Shown here one piece after another: positions 1 to 9,112 of a DNA stretch of 64,000 bases. This DNA comes from Bacteroidales bacterium (GTDB lineage: Bacteria; Bacteroidota; Bacteroidia; Bacteroidales; UBA7960): positions 17,624 through 81,623 of the forward strand of contig JAWLCS010000010.1 in assembly GCA_041687035.1 (NCBI GenBank), given 5' to 3'. The translations under genes were made by a program, and so were the position numbers. Numbering within the stretch: the stretch's first letter is position 1; each line of letters starts with the position of its first letter. The notes under the pieces were generated by a model. It was given only the letters and a program-made list of their open reading frames with translations, was not told the origin of the DNA and made no database searches.

Positions 1-370
1 TTTTGGCCAGACCGGAGTAAAACATGCTTGAGAAAGGAGCAATGCCGGTGCCCGTGGCAACCCATACGGCTTCCTGCTCGTCGCATATAAATCCACCAAA
101 AGGCTCAGACACATAAATGATATCTCCAGCCTGCAAACGGGCCATATCAGGGGTAAGCTTTCCTTCGGGTTTTACGGTGTAGAGAATGCGAACCACATCT
201 TCCTTATTACCGCTGGCAATACTATATAAGCGGGGCTTATCATCCGGATCCATAGCAATGCCAATCACCTGGCCGGGTACAAAATCGAAACTGCGCGGAA
301 ACGACAGCACAAAGGCGCCTGGCGCTGTTTCCAGATTGGATATAATGGTAACTTTTTTTAATGATTTCAA
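1..370 (-). CDS. FAD/NAD(P)-binding oxidoreductase, ferredoxin-NADP reductase-like (N-terminal part; 3' end runs off the window)
   Basis: Own minus-strand translation from TTG at 370..368: (M)KSLKKVTIISNLETAPGAFVLSF...KPRLYSIASG (RxYS FAD motif)...VWVATGTGIAPF (NAD(P) motif). Missing from the ORF track because it is edge-truncated. Start codon is uncertain. Confidence 0.6.
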   Translation of the reverse strand, partial: MKSLKKVTIISNLETAPGAFVLSFPRSFDFVPGQVIGIAMDPDDKPRLYSIASGNKEDVVRILYTVKPEGKLTPDMARLQAGDIIYVSEPFGGFICDEQEAVWVATGTGIAPFSSMFYSGLAK

Positions 371-565
371 AACGATAATGTTATTTTAAAAAGATTTACA
401 CAATTAACCAAACAACCATCAGGTTGTTCAAAAGTATGCTTTTCTTTACAAACCTCTTAAAAGTACTGACCCCGTTTTCTGCCTTTCCCCCTCAAGAAAA
501 CACCAACAGCACCATACAACTGTTAAAAATGCGTATATTTATTGCAGTTTTTTAATTTACTTTTT

Positions 566-1186
566 ATGCTGTTACGAATTTATCCTGAGAATCCAAACTC
601 AAGGTACATACAACTGGTTGCCGGCTGTTTGCGAAGCGGCGGGGTGATCATCTACCCTACCGACACGGTGTATGCCATTGGCTGCGACATATATCAGTCA
701 AAGGCAGTGGAGCGGGTGGCCCAGATCAAGGGAATAAAAGCCGACAAGGCCAACTTTTCGCTTATCTGCCAGGACCTGAGCCATATCTCTGACTTTACCA
801 GGCCTTTCAGTACCAGCGTTTACAAGGCCATGAAAAAAGCCTTGCCCGGGCCTTTCACATTCATTCTGAATGCCAACAACCAGGTACCCCGTATTTTCCA
901 GAGCCGAAAAAAGACGGTGGGTATCCGTGTGCCCGACAACAGCATAGCCCGCGAAATTGTAAGGGAGCTGGGCAACCCAATTATTTCCACTTCGGTGTAT
1001 GATGAGGATGAAATTCTGGAATACACTACGGATCCGGAACTGATCTACGAAAAATACAAGGACCTGGTGGATATGGTTGTTGACGGGGGTTTTGGCGACA
1101 ACGAAGCCTCTACGGTGATCGACTGCACCCACGATGAGCTCGAGGTGCTTCGCCAGGGCAAGGGGCTGTTAGAGGATATTCTGTAG
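566..1186 (+). CDS. tsaC: L-threonylcarbamoyladenylate synthase, YrdC/TsaC family
   Basis: Track ORF 542..1186. Contains YPTDTVYAIGCD and GIRVPD motifs typical of the YrdC/Sua5 domain, at single-domain size. The internal ATG at 566 is preferred over TTG 542, but the start is uncertain. Confidence 0.75.
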   Translation: MLLRIYPENPNSRYIQLVAGCLRSGGVIIYPTDTVYAIGCDIYQSKAVERVAQIKGIKADKANFSLICQDLSHISDFTRPFSTSVYKAMKKALPGPFTFILNANNQVPRIFQSRKKTVGIRVPDNSIAREIVRELGNPIISTSVYDEDEILEYTTDPELIYEKYKDLVDMVVDGGFGDNEASTVIDCTHDELEVLRQGKGLLEDIL

Positions 1187-1206
1187 AAAAACCAACACCT
1201 ATTGAT

Positions 1207-1533
1207 ATGCAGGCAAAAAACATCCTTTCGCTTGGGCAGGTGCCCTTCCTGACCGATCAGGAGTTTTTCGAAACCCTGTGCAGCGATCAGAACCTGCGCA
1301 TTGAACGCATTGTGAGCAAAGGGCAGGTTACCCCACCCGACATTTGGTACGATCAGGACGACAACGAATGGGTGGTGCTGCTTCAGGGTAAGGCAAGCCT
1401 GGAATTTGAAAAAGGCGAGATGCTCCACCTGGGCCCCGGCGACTATATCTTTTTGCCAGCCCGCCTGAAGCACCGCGTGGCCTATACCAGCAAAACGCCG
1501 GCCTGCATTTGGCTGGCCATTCATTTCAAATAA
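1207..1533 (+). CDS. cupin domain protein
   Basis: 108 aa. GEMLHLGPGDYIFLPARLKHRV matches the cupin beta-barrel motif 2 pattern. Confidence 0.6.
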   Translation: MQAKNILSLGQVPFLTDQEFFETLCSDQNLRIERIVSKGQVTPPDIWYDQDDNEWVVLLQGKASLEFEKGEMLHLGPGDYIFLPARLKHRVAYTSKTPACIWLAIHFK

Positions 1534-1555
1534 ACTTTTAAAAATCGATCCGGCT

Positions 1556-2380
1556 ATGAATGCTGTACTGGAAACCATTGTTAACAGGGCATCGCTCGAG
1601 GGGAAACCCTTCTTTCTGATGGCTGGGCCCTGCGTGCTCGAAAACCAGGAAATGGGCTTTGAGATAGCCCGAAAGGTTGCCGAAATAACAAAAAAACTGC
1701 AGATCCCTTACATTTTCAAGGCTTCTTACAAAAAAGCCAACCGTTCAAAGTTGGAGAGTTTTACCGGCATTGGCGACACCATAGCCCTGAATATGCTGGA
1801 GCAAATTGGCAAGGAGCTAAATATTCCGGTGGTGACCGATATTCATACCAACGAAGAGGCCTATATGGCAGCCCGTCACGTGGATGTGCTTCAGATTCCG
1901 GCCTTCCTTTGCAGGCAAACTGATTTACTGGTAGCAGCCGGCAAAACAGGCAAGATTGTAAACATTAAAAAAGGGCAGTTTCTCTCCCCTTCGGCCATGG
2001 AATATGCCGTAGAAAAAATACAGTCAACCGGAAATCATCGCATCATTGTTACAGAACGTGGAACCACCTTCGGTTATGGCGACCTGGTGGTCGACTTCAG
2101 GGGCATTCCCATTATGCAGGAACTTGGGGTACCGGTAGTACTCGATGTAACGCATTCGTTGCAGCAGCCAAACCAGTCGAGCGGCGTAACCGGCGGACTC
2201 CCCCACCTGATTGATACCATGGCCCGGGCAGGCATTGCCGCAGGTGCCGATGGGCTTTTTATTGAAACCCACCCCGACCCTAAGAATGCCAAGTCGGACG
2301 GTGCCAATATGTTAAGTCTGGATAAGCTGGAAGGTCTCCTTGAAAAACTGCTTCGTGTCAGGGAAGCCATAGAGCATTAG
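1556..2380 (+). CDS. kdsA: 3-deoxy-8-phosphooctulonate (KDO-8-P) synthase
   Basis: 274 aa with LMAGPCVLE, KASYKKANRS and ERGTTFGY motifs. Size is typical of KdsA. Confidence 0.9.
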   Translation: MNAVLETIVNRASLEGKPFFLMAGPCVLENQEMGFEIARKVAEITKKLQIPYIFKASYKKANRSKLESFTGIGDTIALNMLEQIGKELNIPVVTDIHTNEEAYMAARHVDVLQIPAFLCRQTDLLVAAGKTGKIVNIKKGQFLSPSAMEYAVEKIQSTGNHRIIVTERGTTFGYGDLVVDFRGIPIMQELGVPVVLDVTHSLQQPNQSSGVTGGLPHLIDTMARAGIAAGADGLFIETHPDPKNAKSDGANMLSLDKLEGLLEKLLRVREAIEH

Positions 2381-2415
2381 TCCCAAATAGAAAAAAAGAA
2401 GCCAATAACAAGCTG

Positions 2416-3687
2416 TTATACAGGAACTTCTTCCGTAAACTGAATTGCTTCCAGTTCCTTGGTAAAGTGGTCGCGAATCTGAAAAAACTGTTCATGATAA
2501 TCGGGGTGCAAGGGGTCGGCCGAAGGAAATTCCTCGCGCAGGTGGTCAACCTGTTGTCCGTTTTTCCAGAATCGGAAGCACACGTGTGGGCCTGTAGCCA
2601 AGCCTGTGGCACCCACATAACCGATCACTTGCCCCTGTGTAACCCTGGTCCCTGGCCTTATGCCGGCACCAAAGCGCGACATGTGCAGATACTGGGTTTC
2701 ATAAACCGAGTTGTGTCGAATCCTGACATAATTGCCATTGCCCGAATTGTAGGCTGTTTCGGTAACTACCCCGTCGCCCACCGCAAGAATTGGGGTGCCG
2801 TGCGGTGCGGCATAGTCAGTGCCATAGTGGGGGCGGCGGTGGTTGAGAATTGGATGCAGGCGGCTGTGCGAAAAGCGGCTGGTAATACGTCCAAACTCCA
2901 GAGGCGCTTTTAGAAACACTTTACGAAGGTTTTCTCCCTGGGGATTAAAAAAACCGCTGATGGTGTCGGCCTCAAAATGAAAGCCATGAATTTCGCGGCC
3001 CTGATGCACAAAATATACTGCATCAATATTTGGGATTCCAACAGGTTTATCGCCCACATAACTTTCCTGGTAAACCACCTTGAAACGGTCACCCTTCTGA
3101 ATGCGGTAAAAATCCACTTCCCAGGCCAGCACTTCCGAAAGGCGAATGGCAAGCTCCGGACTCAGTTGGTTGGCAGTTAGGGTGCTCCAGAGTGAGGATG
3201 AGATTACACCCGATGCCGTTCTCGAGAGCGTGGTGACCTCCTTTTCGCCCCGCTCTACTGAAAGGGAATCGCCAAACCCAATCTTCAGGTATTCGAGCAT
3301 TGAAATCTCGTACACAAAATACTGCAGCGAATCGGGGCCTCCGGGTGCATAGTATCCATGGTAGGTCTGCCCGGCCCTTATGCGGCGGGGGTTAAACACC
3401 TCCTGCATGCGGTCGACAATGGTGTGAATGGTAATGGGCGACAGATTAAAAGTAGCGAGTATGTGCGAAAGGGTTTGTCCTGACCTGACTACCTCACTCT
3501 GAACCCAATAGTGGCCTTCCTCAAAGCCATACTCATCAAACACCATTTCGGGCTCGGCAACCGCTATTTCTTCTTCATCAAGATGGCTTTTTGAACGCAG
3601 ATAATACAAAATACTGAAAACAAGGATTACCACCAGGCTAAGTGCTGCAAGAATATAAATCAGCCTGGGGCGGACTTTATCGATCAT
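2416..3687 (-). CDS. M23 family peptidoglycan metalloendopeptidase, membrane anchored
   Basis: 423 aa with an N-terminal TM helix. Has HYGTDYAAPHGTPILAVGDGVV (HxxxD) and GATGLATGPHVCF, where the HxH position reads H-V-C. Confidence 0.8.
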   Translation of the reverse strand: MIDKVRPRLIYILAALSLVVILVFSILYYLRSKSHLDEEEIAVAEPEMVFDEYGFEEGHYWVQSEVVRSGQTLSHILATFNLSPITIHTIVDRMQEVFNPRRIRAGQTYHGYYAPGGPDSLQYFVYEISMLEYLKIGFGDSLSVERGEKEVTTLSRTASGVISSSLWSTLTANQLSPELAIRLSEVLAWEVDFYRIQKGDRFKVVYQESYVGDKPVGIPNIDAVYFVHQGREIHGFHFEADTISGFFNPQGENLRKVFLKAPLEFGRITSRFSHSRLHPILNHRRPHYGTDYAAPHGTPILAVGDGVVTETAYNSGNGNYVRIRHNSVYETQYLHMSRFGAGIRPGTRVTQGQVIGYVGATGLATGPHVCFRFWKNGQQVDHLREEFPSADPLHPDYHEQFFQIRDHFTKELEAIQFTEEVPV

Positions 3688-3709
3688 TACTGAAATAGGT
3701 TTTGAATGT

Positions 3710-4282
3710 TCAAATTGGACTAACGGGTGTAAAAATAATCATTCTGAGCAAATAGAGGCCAATGAAGCCCAGACCCAGAAAAATGAAGAATGACAACAGG
3801 GTAAAACCTGTAAGGCGGTTAACAGGAATGCCAAGCACCACCGGAGCACCATGCCAGTAAAGAAACAGTGAATAGATCAGGGCGGCGATGGGAAAAAAGG
3901 TCAGTGCGGCGGCAATGGCGGTTACTATTTGTGAAAGCAAAAATGGAATATAGGCTGTAACAGCCAGTCGCATGGAGTGATTAAACCCGGGATTAATACC
4001 ATAAGTTCCGGCCATGCGTGCAACCATCCAGGGTCCTACCAGCAACACCATAAAATTGGCAAACAGGTGCACAAAAAGCAAGGCACCAAAAGAGCTGTTT
4101 ACATATAAATCCTGGCTCTGGTCGGTAAGTGATCGTCCCAGGGCACCCAAGAAAATAAACGGAAGGCCGAAAAAAAGGAAAAAACGTATAGGCTTCAATT
4201 CAAGGTCTCTGATCACTTCCCAGGTGCGGCCAGGGTTGATAAATATTCCGGGAAAAATGGAAAAAAAAGTCTCTGATGACAT
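3710..4282 (-). CDS. Yip1-like multi-pass membrane protein (tentative)
   Basis: 190 aa with about 5 hydrophobic helices. The N-terminus resembles Yip1-domain proteins. Family call is by memory only. Confidence 0.5.
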   Translation of the reverse strand: MSSETFFSIFPGIFINPGRTWEVIRDLELKPIRFFLFFGLPFIFLGALGRSLTDQSQDLYVNSSFGALLFVHLFANFMVLLVGPWMVARMAGTYGINPGFNHSMRLAVTAYIPFLLSQIVTAIAAALTFFPIAALIYSLFLYWHGAPVVLGIPVNRLTGFTLLSFFIFLGLGFIGLYLLRMIIFTPVSPI

Positions 4283-4345
4283 TAAATAACAAAAAATTAT
4301 TCCTTAACAATTCTCTGGCGTCAAAATTAGCAATAAATTGCGAGC

Positions 4346-5263
4346 ATGAACTGGAATGCATGGAAAAAGGGATTTGAGACTTACCTGCAGCTGGAGCGCT
4401 CGCTATCGGAGAATACGGTAACGGCCTACCTCAGCGATCTCGACAAGCTCATTGAGTTTATCGAAACCCAGTATGGCAGCCTTCAGCCTTCCAACGTCAC
4501 CCAGAGCCATTTGGATGAATTTATGGGCTGGGTTGGAAGCCACAAGGGAAGCAGCCGCAGTCAGGCCCGTATCGTTTCGGGTATCCGGGCTTTTTTCAAA
4601 TATCTGCTGTTGGAAGATGCCATTAACCGCAACCCCGCCACTACCCTCGAAACGCCTCGACTGCAGCGCAAGCTGCCCGAGGTACTTAGCTTAGGCGAGA
4701 TTGACCGCATCCTTGCAGCCATTGACCTGAGTAAACCTGAAGGCACCCGCAACAAAGCCATTATTGAAACACTTTATGGCTCTGGGCTCAGGGTCTCAGA
4801 GCTTATAAACCTGAAGATCAGCGACATAAATTTCAGAGAAGATTTTTTGCTGGTAACCGGAAAAGGTAATAAACAACGATTGGTGCCCATTGGCAGCGAA
4901 GCCCTGAAGCACATCAGACTGTATCTATACGGCAGCCGTCACAAAACCCCGCCACAAAAAAGCTTTGAAGACATTCTATTTCTCAACAGGATGGGGCGCC
5001 GGCTCAGCCGCGTAATGATCTTTACCCTGGTAAAAAACCTTTGCAAGGCAGCAGGCATAAAAAAAACGGTGAGTCCACACACTTTCAGGCACAGCTTTGC
5101 CACCCATTTGGTGGAGCGCGGGGCCGACCTTCGTGTGGTGCAGGACATGCTGGGGCACGAATCCATCACTACTACCGAAATTTACACCCACCTGGACCGC
5201 GAGTACTTGCGCGAAGCAATACTATCCTATCACCCACGCTCAGGGCATAAAAAATCACAATAA
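4346..5263 (+). CDS. xerD: site-specific tyrosine recombinase XerD
   Basis: 305 aa with an N-terminal SAM-like core-binding domain. C-terminal HTFRHSFATHL...LGHESITTTEIYTH carries the R-H-R-Y catalytic signature. Confidence 0.85.
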   Translation: MNWNAWKKGFETYLQLERSLSENTVTAYLSDLDKLIEFIETQYGSLQPSNVTQSHLDEFMGWVGSHKGSSRSQARIVSGIRAFFKYLLLEDAINRNPATTLETPRLQRKLPEVLSLGEIDRILAAIDLSKPEGTRNKAIIETLYGSGLRVSELINLKISDINFREDFLLVTGKGNKQRLVPIGSEALKHIRLYLYGSRHKTPPQKSFEDILFLNRMGRRLSRVMIFTLVKNLCKAAGIKKTVSPHTFRHSFATHLVERGADLRVVQDMLGHESITTTEIYTHLDREYLREAILSYHPRSGHKKSQ

Positions 5264-5368
5264 TTGGGATTTGCAGCCTGCAGCTTTTTTAAAACCTGCA
5301 GAATAGTTAACTTTGTTTTTCCTATAATTATGTAATCCTTCAGTTAAATAATAAATAATCTTTTCACC

Positions 5369-8300
5369 ATGAAGAATTTTACCTTTTTTAAAAAACTTTC
5401 TCTCCTGGTTGGAATACTGTTTCTTGCCCTCAATGGTTACGGGCAAGGTTATGTGTTCTACACCAATTTTACAACAGAATCCAACTGGATTAATGGAACC
5501 GGTACCGCTTACGCTGACAGAGGCTACGAAGAAAGCGGCTGGAACTTTGAATTCATTAATTCTATCAGGGACACTGATGTCACTTATGATGGTTCGAGTT
5601 ATTCTGTCAGAAACAGGGGCAATTTAACCATTAAAAGTCTGAATGCAGTAAATGATGTTTCCGGTTTCAGATTTTATCTCCGTGACTGGAGAAATACTCC
5701 GAAAGTAGTCAGAGCTATCATGCTAAGTGTAGATGGTGGTTCAAATTGGACAGAAGTTGGAGAAATTGGCCCCGATGACATTCCAGGCGACTCCTTCGGC
5801 ATTATTGAGTACACTTTTCCTGAGGGCACTCAAAGTTTTGCTGCCAATCAACTTTGGATCAGAGTTATTGGTGAACCTAACAATAACAGCCGTATTAGAG
5901 TAGGTGGGTTTGAAGCTCTGGGCGAAAGCAATGCGGTTGCCACTCCCACATTCAGCCCGGCTCCCGGCCTTTTTACCAGCCCGGTTGATGTTAGCATCAG
6001 CACAACTACAGCAGATGCTTCAATTTATTATACCCTCGATGGCACTGAGCCTTCAGAAAGCAGCACTATTTATACCGGACCGGTTACCATCAGCACTACC
6101 ACTACCATCAAGGCCAGAGCTTACGCCGATGATTTGGATCCAAGCCTTGTTGCCACCGGAACCTATACTTTCCCAACTACCGTGGCAACCATTGCCGAAC
6201 TCAGGCAACTGCAGCCAGGAACCACCCCATATATCCTTTCGGGAGAAGCCATTCTTACTTTTCAGCAGAGTTTCAGAAACCAGAAATATATTGAAGATGG
6301 TACCGCTGGCATCCTTATTGACGATGATGCTGGAATTATTACCACCAGCTACAACCTTTACGATGGAATTACTGGTTTGGAAGGAACCCTGACCTTATTC
6401 GGAAACATGCTGCAATTTACTCCTCTGGCAAACCCCGGACCGGCCACATCCGCCAACAACCAGGTTGTGCCAGTTGTAGTCACACTCAGTCAGCTCGCCA
6501 GCGACTTCGACACCTACGAATCGCGCCTGGTGACCATTGAAAATGCTGAGTTTGTTAGTCCCAGCGGAAACTTTGCCAACGGGCAGATTTATTCCATCAC
6601 AGATGGCACGGCCACCTTCAATTTCCGTACTACCTTTTATGATGTGGATTATGTTGGTGAGCCAATCCCCACAGAACCATTACACCTCACAGCCCTTCCC
6701 AACGCCAGGTCAGATGGAAACTACCTCACTGCCAGGTTCGAGAGCGATTTCAACTTCGATCTGATCGGCACCGACGCAAGCCTTTCTGCATTTACCCTTG
6801 GCGGGATGAATGCCCTGAATCTTGGCGGCGTAGTGGTTGACGACCCGGCCGCAGATGAAGGCGCCACCCTGTTTGTTACAGATTTTACAGGCTTCGCCGG
6901 CATTGTGGTGGCCACCACCCACCCGGCAGCAACATTTACGGCTACCCTTAACGGAACTGAAGTTGCCGAAGGCGACCTGGCCGCCCAGCCACTGGCTTCG
7001 GGCGACGTGGTGATCGTTACCGTTGTAGCTGAGGACGAAGTGACCACCATGCACTACAAAGTGACCCTCAGCGACGAAAACCGCAGCATTGTGTTTACGG
7101 CTCCCCTTGGCGGGGAAGAATACGAAACCGGTGACCCGGTAACTGTAACCTGGACTTCGGCCAATATTACCACGTTGAACCTTTATGTGTACAAAACCGA
7201 TCTGGCGAGCCCTGTGGCCGAATACCCCGGAATTACAGCCGCTGATGGCACTTTTACCGAAAACCTGCCCAACGGTGCGGACGGTGAGTACTATTTCAGG
7301 CTGAGTGATGCCAGCGACCTGGCCTTTTTTGCCGAAAGCGAAACAGTGACCTTTATTGATACCCAGGATCCGGAAATTTATGCACTGGTTCCGGAAAACA
7401 ACGCCACAGATGTTGCCACCGACTTAACTTTTGTGATCGTGGCCGATGAAGACCTATGGCCTGTTGCTGGCAAGTTCATATATATTCACAAGGGAGCTGA
7501 TAATAGTCTGGTGCAGAGTATTGAGGCTACTTCGGCCCTGGTCACCATCGACGGAAATGAAGTTCATTTTTCAGCCACCAACGACCTGGACTTCGAAACC
7601 GCTTATTACGTTCTTGTTGACGAAGGTGCTTTTGTTGACATGGGTGACAATCCATTGCCAGCAATTGCAAGCGGCGACTGGGCCTTTACCACACAAGTTG
7701 AACCGGTATTTGAACTCATTTGCAATGGTGATTTTGAGAACTGGACTGACGGATTACCTGATTGTTGGTATGGCTCCAAATCTAACCTTTCTGCTGCAGC
7801 GGTAACCCAGTATACCGAAAACCCACAATCGGGTAATTCTGCAGTAAAGTTGATGCGCACGGAATCTACCCACCAGCGGTTTACTTCACAATCCACCACC
7901 GTTGAAAACGGGAAAGTATACAAAATTACTTTCTGGCTCAAAGGCAAGGGCGATATCCGCACGGGACTGTTTGATGACCGCCCCGGCGACAGTTATGGTT
8001 ATGCCACCTATAACGATTACATAAGTGTAAACTCCAACACATGGCAGGAAAACACACAATATATTACTGCAGCCAATAACACCAGCATTGCAGAATTTAT
8101 CTTCTCACTCCGCAGTACTGATGAGGCCCTGAATCACATTCAACTCGACAATGTGACCATTACAGAAGTAAGTGATGATGCTACCCAGGTAGCCAACCTA
8201 CAGGCCCTTCGCTCCGCCAATCTGGGTGCAAAATACCAGTTAACAGGCGAAGCAGTCATTACTTTCCAGCAAAATCACCGCAAACAGAAATACATTCAGG

Positions 8301-9010
8301 ATAGCAGTGCAGCAATTCTGATCGACGACAACAACGGTGTGATCACTACCAGCTACAACATTGGCGATGGCATTACCGGCCTTACCGGCACATTGACCTC
8401 CAACAGCGGCATGCTGCAGTTTGTGCCCACAGCCGACCCCGGGGCACCTACTTCGACCAACAATCCAATTGTTCCCGAAGTTCGCACCCTCGCCAGCCTT
8501 ACCAGCGACGATCAGGCCAAACTGGTGAAGATTGAGAACGTAACCTTTGCTGGTGCCACTGGCGATTTTGCTACCGGAAACAACTACAACCTTAATTCAG
8601 CCAACGGCACCGGTGTGTTCCGCACTTCTTTCTTCGATGCCGACTATATTGGCACGCCCGTTCCCACCCAGGCACAAAACCTCACCGTACTGATAAATCA
8701 GTATCTGACAACCATTCAGGTAACCGCCCGCAGCCTGGCCGATTTCGAAATATATACCAGCGTGCCCGGAATTGAATTCGACGGGGTGAGCATTTACCCC
8801 AACCCCTTCAGGGATTTTATCCGTGTAGCCAACCTCGAGCAGGTGGAGACAGTGCGACTGGTTACCAGCACCGGGCAGGTCATTGTGGAATACACTGGCC
8901 TTTCGGGCGATGTGGAAATTTCCACCTCCGGACTCAAAAGCGGACTGTACTTTATTCAACTGCTTGGAAAAGATGGATCACAGCATGTGAAAAAAATGAT
9001 CAGACAATAA
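5369..9010 (+). CDS. large secreted multidomain protein, T9SS cargo
   Basis: 1213 aa with a signal peptide. Includes a chitobiase/FN3-associated-like segment (ASIYYTLDGTEPSESSTIYTGPV), a cadherin-like beta-sandwich segment and an SbsA-type Ig-like segment. A CBM-like segment (NGDFENW...IQLDNVTI) is also present. Two paralogous modules of about 190 aa occur. The C-terminal SIYPNPF...GLYFIQLL matches a T9SS sorting tail. Confidence 0.8.
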   Translation: MKNFTFFKKLSLLVGILFLALNGYGQGYVFYTNFTTESNWINGTGTAYADRGYEESGWNFEFINSIRDTDVTYDGSSYSVRNRGNLTIKSLNAVNDVSGFRFYLRDWRNTPKVVRAIMLSVDGGSNWTEVGEIGPDDIPGDSFGIIEYTFPEGTQSFAANQLWIRVIGEPNNNSRIRVGGFEALGESNAVATPTFSPAPGLFTSPVDVSISTTTADASIYYTLDGTEPSESSTIYTGPVTISTTTTIKARAYADDLDPSLVATGTYTFPTTVATIAELRQLQPGTTPYILSGEAILTFQQSFRNQKYIEDGTAGILIDDDAGIITTSYNLYDGITGLEGTLTLFGNMLQFTPLANPGPATSANNQVVPVVVTLSQLASDFDTYESRLVTIENAEFVSPSGNFANGQIYSITDGTATFNFRTTFYDVDYVGEPIPTEPLHLTALPNARSDGNYLTARFESDFNFDLIGTDASLSAFTLGGMNALNLGGVVVDDPAADEGATLFVTDFTGFAGIVVATTHPAATFTATLNGTEVAEGDLAAQPLASGDVVIVTVVAEDEVTTMHYKVTLSDENRSIVFTAPLGGEEYETGDPVTVTWTSANITTLNLYVYKTDLASPVAEYPGITAADGTFTENLPNGADGEYYFRLSDASDLAFFAESETVTFIDTQDPEIYALVPENNATDVATDLTFVIVADEDLWPVAGKFIYIHKGADNSLVQSIEATSALVTIDGNEVHFSATNDLDFETAYYVLVDEGAFVDMGDNPLPAIASGDWAFTTQVEPVFELICNGDFENWTDGLPDCWYGSKSNLSAAAVTQYTENPQSGNSAVKLMRTESTHQRFTSQSTTVENGKVYKITFWLKGKGDIRTGLFDDRPGDSYGYATYNDYISVNSNTWQENTQYITAANNTSIAEFIFSLRSTDEALNHIQLDNVTITEVSDDATQVANLQALRSANLGAKYQLTGEAVITFQQNHRKQKYIQDSSAAILIDDNNGVITTSYNIGDGITGLTGTLTSNSGMLQFVPTADPGAPTSTNNPIVPEVRTLASLTSDDQAKLVKIENVTFAGATGDFATGNNYNLNSANGTGVFRTSFFDADYIGTPVPTQAQNLTVLINQYLTTIQVTARSLADFEIYTSVPGIEFDGVSIYPNPFRDFIRVANLEQVETVRLVTSTGQVIVEYTGLSGDVEISTSGLKSGLYFIQLLGKDGSQHVKKMIRQ

Positions 9011-9030
9011 TTTTTTCATCAAATGATTAT

Positions 9031-9061
9031 AAAAAAGCGGGGCAACACCCCGCTTTTTTTA
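9031..9061 (+). terminator. intrinsic terminator after the 1213-aa gene
   Basis: aaaaaaGCGGGGcaacaCCCCGCttttttt: a 6-bp GC stem, 5-nt loop and T7 run, 21 nt after the stop codon. Confidence 0.7.
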
Positions 9062-9112
9062 TTTCTTGCGCCTTTTTACATAAATTTGCCAATCATCCTG
9101 AAACTGCCACCC

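Noticed and set aside
4346-5368. Possibility that the recombinase next to the big surface-protein gene marks an invertible (phase-variable) promoter
   Set aside because: The recombinase has full XerD-like features typical of the housekeeping dif resolvase. In the 105-nt gap I found only short self-complementary CTGCAG repeats, not long inverted repeats flanking the TAACTTTG promoter box.
9023-9112. N-terminal 30-codon extension of the endonuclease I ORF in the track
   Set aside because: The extension runs through the GCGGGG/CCCCGC terminator hairpin and a TAAATTTG promoter box. A clean signal peptide starts at ATG 9113.
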